A stretch of DNA of 64,000 nucleotides, taken from NCBI GenBank assembly GCA_951406725.2, contig OX597817.1:39060001-39124000 (forward strand), in the 5' to 3' direction. Numbering within the stretch: the stretch's first letter is position 1; each line of letters opens with the position of its first letter. The stretch is from Octopus vulgaris. Lineage: Eukaryota. Shown piece after piece: positions 24,681-37,000 of the stretch. Position numbers and translations under genes: made by a program. The notes beneath the pieces were generated by a model, which ran no database searches, was not told the origin of the DNA, and saw nothing but the letters and a program-made list of their open reading frames with translations.

Positions 24681-25870
24681 AGTCAGTTGCTACAAGGATC
24701 AGTCCACAACCCCCTCCTATTCATCATTGTCCTCCAGGCCATAACAGAGGTATTTAAGACTGGAATCCATGAGGATTCCTATATGCTGAGGATCTTGCTC
24801 TCATAGCAGAATTTGTAACAGAAAAGAAATTTCGGGTGTGGGAACAGAACCTGGAATTTATGAGTCTTAAAGTAAAACTAGCAAAGACTAAAGTCCCAGA
24901 AAGTAAGAAATTGGACAGAACCCTCCACACATCAGGTAAATGGCTCTGCTTGATATGTAGGAAAAGTATAGGTAGAAATTCCATTTGTACCCAGTGCAAG
25001 CTATGGACACACAAGAAGTGTTGTGGATCAGTTGGAAGATTAACAGAGAAAGTAGTGTTTGTATGTGGAAGATGCATGGGAACCATAAAGACTACAGATA
25101 CATGGGAAACTGATTTCCTCAAATTTCCTGGTGATTCTCTGGAAGCTGTAGCTAATAAGCAGTGGTGGAGGTTGTACAGAAAGTGTAATTGCTAGAATAA
25201 GAATAGAATGGAGGAAGTTCAAAGAGCTTTTACCTCTGTTGGAAACCAAAGGTCTCTGACTTCAAGTAAAGGGAAGATTGTATGATGCATGTGTATGAAC
25301 TGTGATGCTGTATGGTAGTGAGATGTGGGCCCTGAATGCGGAGGAGATGCAAAGGCTGGAAAGAAATAAAGTTGGTATGCTCTGCTGGATGTACAACAGA
25401 GCATTGATTTATTAAGGGAGAAGTTGGGCATAAGGCGAGTCATATGCAGCACGCAAGAGAGGGAACTGCGCCAGTTTGGTCATGTGATGCGGATACATAG
25501 GGACAGCTGCATAAAGAAGTGCTGATCTCTTAAAGTGGAGGAAAGCTGTGGAAGAGGGAGACTCAGGATGACATGGGATGAAGTTTTGAAGACCAATCTC
25601 AGAATGCTAAACCATATGAAGGTGATGACAGACGACAAAGATATATGGTGCATTGCTGTATTTGAGAAGACCCACCCACTATAACAGAATTGCGATCCTA
25701 AAAGCAAGGTGCCACTTAAAAAGCACCCAGTACACACTGTAAAGTGGTTGGAGTTCAGAAGGACATTCAGCCTTAAAAGCCAAGCCAAACTGACTATGGA
25801 ACCTGGTGCAGCCTCTGGCTTTATCAGTCCCTGTCAAGCCATCCAACCCATGCCAGCATGTAAAACGGAT
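24681..25870 (+). mobile_element. 5'-truncated RTE-clade LINE (RT C-terminal half and 3' UTR), decayed
   Basis: [20 protein letters not shown] (YADD), LKVKLAKTKV, Cys/His finger, MLYGSEMW, FGHVMR, GRGR..WDEV; stops and frameshifts. Confidence 0.88.
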
Positions 25871-25879
25871 GCTCTCTCC

Positions 25880-25922
<43 letters not shown>

Positions 25923-25957
25923 AACTTACTTGAAAAAGGATGCGTGGCATTCGATCA

Positions 25958-26699
25958 TCTCTCTCTATATAAACGGCAGTTTGTCTGTCTGTGTGTCTGT
26001 CAGGTTGTACCCTCACCCTGACCATGGCTTCCAACCGATTCTGATGAAACTTGACACACACATAGCCCAATGTCATAATTCAAAACTAACGCAGCGAAAA
26101 TTTTGAAAAGTTCTCCCAGTTCTGAAAAAAATCGATAAATTCGACTTTGGGTCGAGAATCTAAGCTTTTTATATGCAACACATTTTCTGTTGTAGTTTTC
26201 GCAACTTGCAATCGATTTTCACCAAACTCATGGTGAAGCTTAATGTTACCTAAGAAACTTAATTCTGACGTTAGTTTTCCATGCAATACCTTACCATCAG
26301 AAAAAATCGATAAAATCATGCCATTTTGGGAAATTGCGTTCAAATTCAAGATGACATATTTTCGACAATATCTTTCACAAATTGGCAGGAATTTTTTTTT
26401 AAATTCACAGCGAGCATCATGTCTGCTCCAAGGAGCTACATGGCCCCTTTTATTCCAATAGGATACTTTATTAGCAGCTATTAGCAGTTGGGGGTAAAGT
26501 CTTGAATGTAATTTCTTCCTGGTAGGAATTGGTTGGGTTGAATTATTGATAGCTGTTTGATAGTTATTTGGGAGTGAAGAGAAGACATTGCAACCTACAC
26601 ATGCGCCTTCGTTCCCTAGAGGGAAAGGACTAGATTGGGATTAGTCGTTGCCTACTAGGGGCTCTTACATAACCGAGTTACACCGGGCTATGCTGCTAG
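25958..26699 (+). mobile_element. Non-autonomous Helitron
   Basis: 5' A|TCTCTCTCTATATAAA, (GTCT)-type microsatellite near the 5' end, degenerate 3' hairpin CCGAGTTACACCGGG followed by CTAG|T; no target duplication. Confidence 0.7.
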
Positions 26700-28109
26700 T
26701 ATAATGATATAAACAATATATAACAATATGTAAATATATGCATATATACATACCTACATCTCTATGTATATATACATGCATATATGGGTACAGGACATAA
26801 AAAAAAAAACGTTGAACACAATGAGAAACGAAAGCATAAAAACAAAAACATGGAAACGAACTATTTTTCAAATAACGAAAGAACAGAGTACAAGACATAC
26901 AACACAGGGAATATTCCCCTTCTTCAGTTGTCCCTGTTTCGTCTACTCCGCGTTTCGAAGGGAGAGAGGGTAAAACAGATACAGAGAGGTTTAACATAAG
27001 AGATGAAGGATGAGTGCACATACAAGGTTTAATGGCAGGCAATGAGTATAGGAATGCTACACGCACAAAGTGGGAAAGAATCATAGAGATAGAAGAAGCG
27101 GGTGGTGGGAGAGTAAATGACGGAGTAGTTGATTGTAGGTGAAAAAGGTCCTGCAATGGTTAATATGTATTTTAATGAATATTTTCCTCGGATACTTTTC
27201 AAGAAAGCTATTCGCTTACAGAGTATTTTTTCCCCTTTACATCAATCACTATGACATTCGTTAACTTAAGAATTCATATCGAACTGTTCCGCATGGATAT
27301 ATCACTAGATTTACAACAATATTGGTCTCAAACTTTGGCACAAGGCCGGCAATTTCGAGGAGGAAGTAAATCGGTTAGAACGACTCCAGTGTTTCCAAGG
27401 TACTTATTTTATAGATTTCGAAGGGATGAAAGACAGAGTTGGCAGAATTTGAACTTAAAACATAAAGATTTCGCTCGCCGTACAAATGATTCCGCCAGCT
27501 CGCCACCTTCTTTTGCGACCGTAAGCAATATCAGGAAATATGATATACGGAGAATCATTATAATTTTACTTTGAACACACACATTCTTTTACACGTTTCA
27601 GCTCTAAAGCTGTGGCCATGCTGGTGCATCGCCAGTGAGGTATATGTACTTAGGAAATTTCGGCCTGTTAACAGCTCGATGAAGGCTTAGGAGTTATCTT
27701 GTAAAAAGTATTTTATATATATAAATGTGTGTGTGTGTAACATGTCACAAGAAAAATAAAGTGAACTACAAAGAATGAAAAATTGAATTTTCATTACTTT
27801 ATTTAAGGCAACCAGAATATTATACATATTAAATAAGTTATATTTTTTACATGTGTAGACACAAGTCCTAGAAATTGTTGTCGCTGAGTACGTTATGTCT
27901 TGTTCAATAATCGACTTAAAATATTGAATTACTGTAACTATTATTAATGACATTTAAATGAGAGACATTCTTTCCAATTGAAAAACTGTGAGCTTTCCAA
28001 TGTAACTCAATTCTGTTCACTAATTATTCAGACGGTTGTGATTTTTGATTTCATTGGAATTTAAAATGAAAAATAAAATGAACTTTCAATAAAATTCTGA
28101 ATTATTTGT

Positions 28110-28118
28110 TGACGTGGC
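28110..28118 (+). promoter_or_regulatory. UPRE/CREB3(CrebA)-like motif TGACGTGGC about 270 bp upstream of the SCFD1 ATG
   Basis: Exact match; a related GCCACGT lies at about 28346; function not shown. Confidence 0.45.
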
Positions 28119-28383
28119 GGGCAACGAACCGTTAAATTTTGATTTTACAGAATATAAATAACTCAACAAAAAAGTTTCCCTCTACTCAATATAAAATAAA
28201 TAGAAATGAAATTCCTGAAATTAGAGGAAAACATATTCCATTGCATAATAATACTGATCAATAATGGCCAACAAGTGCGTTATAAAGGGAATGTAACGTG
28301 CAATTGAATGAGAGTGTTTCCTCTTGACTAGGAACTCTTCTTTGTGCCACGTTCACGCAGGCGTCGTAAACAGGACGGGCAAG

Positions 28384-28414
28384 ATGTCAGCTTCCTTACG
28401 GGAAAAGCAGACAG
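28384..28414 (+). CDS. SCFD1: SCFD1 exon 1 ([10 protein letters not shown])
   Basis: AAGATG start, donor GTACGA, phase 1. Confidence 0.92.
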
Positions 28415-30720
28415 GTACGAATTGTTCTTTATTTACTCTTCTCCTATATGTTTAGAATTTATTTTAACATTTTCGAATTAGATTTTGTCTTTTAGATATT
28501 ATGATATGCTTTCTCATTCGTGGCATTTGTTTTCAGGGACACACTAATGTCTCTCGAAGAATCGTTACTCTTGCTGTTGTCGACATTACTGTTTATTGTT
28601 TTAAATCATGTGTTATTTTTGACAACTGTAGATCTATCTAACTTGTAGTGTTGTTTTCCCCCCTCCTATTTGGTCTATTTGCAATACTTATTTACATTTA
28701 AGTACACATTGGCTATATTTCTTCGTTATTAATTTGTGATAGCCAGGCCTTGTCTTATTTTATGCTGCGGTTGTCATTAACAATGACAGCTGTTTTTCTT
28801 TTGGGAGTTGGTGCCACTCAACTTACATACTTGTACTTTTTCCCGTAAAAACATTAGGGTATCTTTATAAAGTATTGTCCGTCCCTTAAAATTAACCAAA
28901 CAATCGAAAAGTTTCTAAAAAGCTCCTCCAAAATCGTGGTAATTTGAATTTGATTCAGCCTGGAGTACATTTAAATACAGAATAAAGTTACACCCCCTCC
29001 CACTTTCACACGCATATCATCGTATCTATGACCCTATTTCGAAATTCAATAATGCCTTCGTAACTGAACACATTTACAATTTCAGGCAAAGTCATAATCA
29101 TATTAATGATTAACTATAAAACTTCATTAAAACTCTTTTTATAAACTCAGAGAAATTGGTCTTGTTCTCTCCTTTCGTTTTTATATTTAGAAATCTCAAT
29201 TATTTATATTCAGTGAATGGCAAAATAGGATTTTTCTTCAAGTACAATAGTTTATTTTAAAAAAGTGAAGGATAATATTAACTCTTTTGGTTCCACCGAG
29301 CTTACTAGTACCTATTTATTTTTAGGAAGGATAAACGGTGAAATTTGAACTCAGATGCATAGCATAAAATATTGGACAACTATAACTCAAAATTCTTTCT
29401 TGAATGTTATAACAAGTTAAACTTTATTAAAGGATGTTTTATTACATTGCTTCTGTAATCAAGCCCAAGTTGTATGTATAAGGTTACGTGACAGGCCTTC
29501 TTTAAAAGTACAAGCAACATTAGTGGAATGAAGTGGTTACAACTGAGAGGTGCTTGTCAGAAATCCCAATGATAAGTGTGAGAAGGGTTTCAAAGTAGAA
29601 GGGCCATTGCTCAGTCAATCTCATTTCCATTAGAATAGCGAAGACTAGCAACTTCCTTGGTTGGATAGGCTGACAATAGAATCTTTTGTAACTTATTAAT
29701 GTATCACAATGGCATACTGTTCCATCATCTCAGAGATTATCTGCCTATTGAAACCTACATTTACAACTTTTTTCGGCTATGAATTTTATGTGGCTGGATC
29801 TGCTGAAACATTCTTTGTAATGCTGAATACACAAGTCTGATTCACGGGGGCTGTAATTATCAGGTTTAACCCACCCATCCACCAAGACAATTCCTATGTT
29901 GTCACTTTTCAATTAGCTATGATGAGCCACTTGCGAGTGTTTGGTGACAGCTTGAGACTAATGATAGATGAGCTGTCCTAAAAAAAACAAAACCCCAGCA
30001 ATGCTTTCAGCAGTCATATAAGAATTAATGCGTAAGTCTGCTCATCAAGTCTTGTTTGTATTTTATTTTATAATTATTTTAATATAACGTATTTAGTACT
30101 GTTGTGAGGCCCCTGTGGCAATCTATGTTTAATTATATGCCTGAATCATAAGATCCATTCTTTTATTTGTTAAGGGTCAATGAAAAAGCATTACTCATTG
30201 TCTTTGCAAACCTTCTGAAACCAGTGAGATTGATGTTGTTAATATTCCACTAAAATTGTTGTCAGTTGATGTCTGCAGGGAAGACATGTATAGCGAGAGA
30301 ATTCTAGAGGGATTGTACTCTGGTGGAGAAAGGACTGTATGTAGTGGTTAGTGTAGAGTCGGGAGAGTTGGACACAATGAGTGATAAAAAGAGGTGAGTG
30401 AGCTGAAAGTGTTTAACTGAAAGTATTTAAAGAGATGGCATGAAGTAGTCAGTACTAAGGAGCAAAGAGCATTAGTATCTTTTATTTTTCTGGGGGGCAC
30501 TACTGAGTTTAGTCCAACAAATTGACCGTGGTATTTTTTAAAGCCTGGTACTTATACTATCACTCTCTGTGCCAAACCACTAAGTTTCAGAGATGTAAAC
30601 AAACTGGCACCAGTTGTCAAGTGCTGGTGGACACACACACACACACACACAAAAGAACATTATTATTCATAATAAATAATAATATTAGTGGCTGCAAGCA
30701 TAAAACTGTTTAGGTAAATT

Positions 30721-30751
<31 letters not shown>

Positions 30752-31025
30752 ATATATATAATTAGGGTACTAAGAAGCACCAGCTTTGCTAAGGAAAGGA
30801 GTCATAAAGAGCTCCAAAGCCACAGTAATCATCACTAGATTTTTACAGGTATGGTAGAAAAAAAAACTAAATGAATAAGAATTGGATCTTACCTCTGCAA
30901 AATTGCAGGAAGGAATGACAGTTAATTTGGTATCATGATTTCAAATTTAGCACCAAAAAGCACTTGATTCTCTCCAGCCAAATCTACTCATAACAATACT
31001 ATTAAATTCACTTTCCAGTGCCTGT

Positions 31026-31070
<45 letters not shown>

Positions 31071-34000
31071 TACATGACAGGCTTTTTTCAGTTTACATCT
31101 ACCAAATCCATTCACTGATAAGGCTTTGGTTGGCCTGAGGCTATAGTAGAAGACACTTGCCCAAAGTGTTATATAGTGGGACTGAACCTGAAACCATATG
31201 GTGGGAAGCAAACTTTTTTACTACACAGCCAAACCAGTGCCTAGTAGTGAAAAAGACAGAAAGAAGACAGTATGTCTGTGAGTGATTGCTTGCCAATCAA
31301 TCAAGTGGCCTTTCTCTAGATGCAGATATGGAGCAGTTCTCCATTGTAGGTCTCACCTGAGCATTGAAAAGTGGAGAAATGGGTATTCTGAAAAATTTAT
31401 AGTCATTTTGGTAAGGGAATAAAAAGATTGGTTGCATTCAGGGATGCAGGAGAAATTAAAGGTTGTACAATGCTTGAAGGCATTCTTTGCAGTTTATATA
31501 ATGAGTTTCAATGCTGGGTTACTGCTGGCTAGTTTGCAGGGGTGGGTGAATTTTCTCCAAGTATTTTAAGCCTTGCTTTTTGCCTGAACTACTGCAGTAC
31601 TGTTATGTGTAAACCATTTAGGGGATTTAGGACTGTAAGATTTTGTGTGTGAGATGTGGAGAGACATACCTAAGATGGTAGCAGTTGCCTGCCTAACTGT
31701 GTCTGGTGGGTCAGAGATGAAGCACACATGCTGCTAGGAATAACTAGCATAGAACTGGTGGAGCACTGGGCAGTCCATTGACTTAGTGTCATAGGTGTGA
31801 TGATTTCAGTGTTGGGTGGTCACAATAAAGCAGTGATCAATCTGATTGGTGCAGAGACAGTTATGTTCTGGTAGAGATAGGGTTCAGAAGTGAGAAGAAA
31901 TGAAAGGGGTTTAGAATGAAATCAAAACTTTTGGGAAAGCATTTGGCTTAACTGGTTGGGATGTTGGGGTCACAATCATAAGGCTGTGAATTTGATAATT
32001 GGATTGGGCGGCATGTTGTGTCTTTCAGCAAGACACTTCATTCCATGTTGCTCTAGTCTACTATGTACAGGTGCAGCTCTCTCTCTTCTTCTATGGGTTA
32101 CGTCCATTATGTTCCATTGGATCATGAAATAGAGGGTCAAGACTGTGTCTCTGTCCACTAGTGATTACATTGGCACTTAAAACAATTAGAAGTATGCTAC
32201 AGGTTGTACTTGCAAGTGACAGCTATTTTTTTTCTAGCTTCACATCAATCCTGACTCAGTAGACATGTTGGTAGCTAGTCAAACTGCAAGGTGCCATCTA
32301 CTGTGTTCCAATTATATGATGTCTCTACTTAGTTGAGAGTTACACTGTAGAATGAGTCTCTTCAAAGTTACTCAATAAGTTAATAAACAAGCTAGTGAGA
32401 GAGCATCTTTGTGGTTACTTGACCAGTTAGAAATAGCAGCAAATCTACATCAAACTACACCTTACTGCCTTAAAAAAAAAGACATATTAGATAATGTAGT
32501 CCCAGATACACTGTCTAAATAAAAGATGAGATGGTCAAGACTGGAACACTTTTGATCATTAGCCTACTGGAGTTATGCTGAAATGTGATTAAATAACAGC
32601 AATGATCTGTTAGAATCTGTCTTGTAAAAAGAAAAAGCACATTGGAAAAATTTGTTACAGGCTGATTGTCATCACTTTTGGCCTGAAAGCTCACATGGTT
32701 ACTGAACTGATGATGCTGTTGATGACTAACAGGTGTAAGCCACAAGTGTTTTTGAGAGAGATAGGTATTATTGATGATATTTACATTGGTACTTGAGTAA
32801 CAGTTAAGCTATGGACCCTGGAGGGGTAAACGTAAAGTTGGCTCTAATAGGATTTGAACTTACTAGAATGTAAAGTGATGTATTTATATATCACAAGATA
32901 TTTTGTTTGTCATCCTGCCAATTCAGCCATTTACTTTGCTTTATGTAAAGTAATAGTTTGTTAAAGTAGCTATCTCTGAAAGACTACCTAATGTTTTTAA
33001 ATGGCTAAGATCATCACCATCATCGTTTAACGTCTGCTTTCCATACTGGCATGGGTTGGATGGTTTGACTGAAGACTAGCAAGCCAGGAAGCTGCTCCAA
33101 TCTGGTCTGGCAAGGTTTCTACATCTCAATGCCCTTCCTAATGCTATCCACTCTGGGAGTGTAGTGGGTGCGTTTTATGTCCCACCAGCATGGGGGCCAG
33201 TCAGGCAGCACTGGCATTGATCAAGCTTGAACGGTGCTTTTTATGTGCCAGCAGTTAGGCGGCACTGGCATCAGCCACAACTGCGATTTCACTTGACTCA
33301 ACAGGTTTTTTTAAGCACAGCATATTGCCTGATGATTAAAGGGTACTTTTAAATGGGCTGGTTATGCGACACTAGCATCAACCACAGCTACAATCTCACT
33401 TGGTTTACTGGGTCTTCTCAAGCACAGCATATCTCCAAAGGTCTCAGTCACTTATTGTCTCTGTGAGGCCCAATGTTCGGAGGTTATGCTTCACCTCGTC
33501 CCATATCTTACTGGGTCTACTTCTTCCACAGGTTCTCACCACTGTTAGGGTGTGACACTTAACACAACTGTCCTCATCCATATGCAACACATGATCATAA
33601 CAGTGCAGTTGTCTCTCTTGCACACCACATCTGATGCTTCTTATGTCCAACTTTTCTCTCAGGGCACTTACACTCTGTCATGTATGCTCAGACATTACAC
33701 ATCCAGTGGAGCATACTAGCTTCATTTCTTTCAAGCCTATGCATGTTCTCAGCAGTCACAGCCTATGTTTCACTGCCATGCATCATACAGTCTACTTTTC
33801 ATTCTGAGTGAGAGACCCTTTGTTACCAGCAGAGGTAAGAGCTCTCTGAACCTTGCCCAGGCTATTCTTATTCTAGCAGCTACATTCTCAGGACATCCAC
33901 TCTTGCTACTGACTTGGTCACCTAGGTAATGGAAGCTATCAACTAGTTTTTTCCCCTGGCATGTGATGGAATCTATTTTCTGTATATCTTCGGTGTTTGT

Positions 34001-37000
34001 TGCCCCTACGCCTCTGCCACACACAAAAACTATCTTTCCAGTTAACCTTCCTTTGATATTGCTGCACCTCTTATGTGTCCATAGCTTACATCAGGTACAT
34101 CTTATGGAGTTTTTACGTACGCCTTTTCTACAGATTGAGCAGGGCCATCTACCTGAAGGGATTTGTGATTTGTCTGCCTTCCTACTTACTAAGACTTTGG
34201 TTTTTGCTAGGTTGACTCTAAAGCTCTTTGATTCTAGACCTTGCTTCCACACCTGAAACTTCATCTCTAGTTCTGGTAGTGACTCAGCTATTTGAGAAAG
34301 GTCATCAGCATAGAGGAGCTCCCTGGGGCAGCCTGTCTTCAATTCCTCTGTTATTGCCTGGAGGACTATGATGAATAAGAGGGGGCTTAGGACTGATTCT
34401 TGGTGAACCCCCTACTTCTACCCGGAATTCTTCACTATACTTGTTGCTAACCCTTACCTTACTGACAGCATCCCTGTACAGGTTTTGTACAGCTCTCCCC
34501 AACCACTCGTCTATCTCTAGTTTCTGCATTGACCACCAGATAAGGGATCAGGTGACCCTTTGAAAGGTGTTTCTCCATGTCAATGAAAGCCAAGTACAGG
34601 GCTTTATCTTAGGCTAGGAACTTCTCCTGGAGCTGTCTTACCAGAAATATAACATTAGCAGAGCTTCTCCTTGGCACAAACCCAACGGCATCTCGTTTAA
34701 ACTCTCTCACTAATTAGTTGGACTATGACCCTCTCTGGTTATGCGACACCAATGTAGGCTATGGCTGTGATCTCATTTTACTTGCCGGGTCTTTCGAATA
34801 CATTTTTTAGTGCAGCATAAGTGTGGCTTTGTGGTTAGGAAGTTTGCTACCTAACCCATTTCTCCTTGCGGAGAAAGGGGTTGATAAGGTAATCAAGGTA
34901 GTCAACCCCATCAGTGTTCTCTATCCAGAAAAGCTTATACTTATGTTCTTTGCCTGTGAGAAACCTAGCAGAACTTACTCTTCACCTTCTTGGATGCAGC
35001 ACAAATCTACACATCTCTGTTCAAGCACATTTAAATATTTGACCAAAAGGACCTTTATTCTAATTATATAATACTCAATGTAGTATGATAGATAATTGTA
35101 TTGTATGAGTCAATGAGGGATTCTCTATGTCAGGGTTGGGGAAATCTTTTCAGTAACAAGAGCAACTGAATAATATTCAGATGGTGCTTTTTACGTGCCA
35201 CTAGCAGCATGGGAGCCAGTCAGGCGGCACTGGCATCAGCCACAGCTACAATTTCCATTTGATTTGATTTTACTCAACTTAATAGGTCTCCTCAAGCATG
35301 GCGTGTTGCCTGATGATTCAAAGGTACTTTTTAAATGGGCTGGTTATGCGACACTGGTGTTGGCTACGGCTGTGATCTCATTTTACTTCCCGGGTCTTTC
35401 AAATACATTTTTTAGTGCTTTGTGGTTAGGAAGTTTGCTACCTAACCACATGGCTTTGGGTTCAGTCTCCCTGTGTGGCACTTTGCGCAAATGTCTTCTT
35501 CTGTAGCCTTGGTTCATGAAAGACATCTGATTGGATATAGTTGATGGAAACTGAAAAAAGCTCTGTGTGTGTTTATTTATATAGACTATAGATGTGTCTG
35601 TGTATGTATTTGTGTCTCTTTGCCATAACATTGTGTGATAGTTGTAAATGAGTGTCACTGTCATACAAGTGGTGTTCTTCATTTCCAATATTCTGCGAAA
35701 GCATGTCTGCTCATGGGGAAATTTTACTTTGCTTGGAAACAAGTGAAGGTTGGTGACAGGAAAGGCATCTAGCTGTAAAAAGTTTGCCTTGATAAACTCC
35801 ATCCAACCTATGCAAGCATGAAAAAGTGGATGGGAAACAGCATATCAAAGGCTCTAAAAGCAGATTTTTTTGTATCTTTATCCTTTATCTTTTACTTGTT
35901 TCAGTAATTAGATTGTGGCCGTGCAGGGTAATTATATATATATACATATATTTAAAGCCTGGTATTTATTCTATTGAGCTCCCTTACCTAGCTGCTAAGT
36001 TATGGGGATGTAAACACCAACACTGGTTGTCAAGCAGTGGTCACACACTGGGCTTCTAAGAACAGCAAATCAGTGATACACACTCTTGAAGAATATATTG
36101 TTTGCATATAGCAATAAATATGTTTTTAAATGCTTGACGATCAGCATGCTTGTATGTTACTGTACCCATCTGTAATCACTTCTTTCGAATAATTATCAAA
36201 TAGCTGTTTTGATGTACCATTCGATCTCTTCAATATATTACTGACATGAAATGAAAAGGACTGAATATTGTCTATGTGCTTAGTGGTATGGAGGATAGGC
36301 AAAATTCCTATTGTGGTTCATTAGGAATGATTGTTGAATACTTGTGCTAGATATGCTTCATTTTAAGAAAAGTTTTTTGAAGTAGTGAAAGTATTTGGTA
36401 ATGAAAGCATTTTGCAGTTTGGTATACTAATATCTAATAGTGCTGAAATTTTTATTAAATTCAATTTCAATAACAATGAATTGTTAGGAAACATAGATAT
36501 CGGTACTTCCATTCTTTCAATTTTTTTAAAAAAAGAATTCAACATTTTTATTTACCTTACCATTCCTTTTTTTTTTTGTTTTAATAACTAGACTGTTATT
36601 TGTCATGTGATGGGATAACATTGGAAATATATTTTGCTACCATGGATAATATCAGAAAATATGGCATACATATTTTTATAATTTAATTTTTATCAAATTT
36701 CTTGGTACTTATGCAAAATGATGAAATGAATTTTAATTTAAAAAAAAAAAAATATATTCTATCATTCACTCTTCCTTCTCTTTCTCTCTCACTATGTATG
36801 TGTGTGTGGTGTGGTGTTCCTTTACTCATTACCTGCCAACAAGCCTAGTATGTGCACTCATCCTGCACCTCTTATGTTAACTCTCTGTCTCTCATTTACT
36901 CTTTCCCATATCTCTATATGATGTAAAATGTGACTGGAGGCATTAACCAACCAACATTTATTAATAACGGAGAGATTTCTAAATAACTTCTTGGGTATTT

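Noticed and set aside
26900-26960. Possible Penelope-type hammerhead on the minus strand (GAAAC..CTGAAGA; CTGATGA in the copy at about 330)
   Set aside because: Motif order and stems do not give a canonical core
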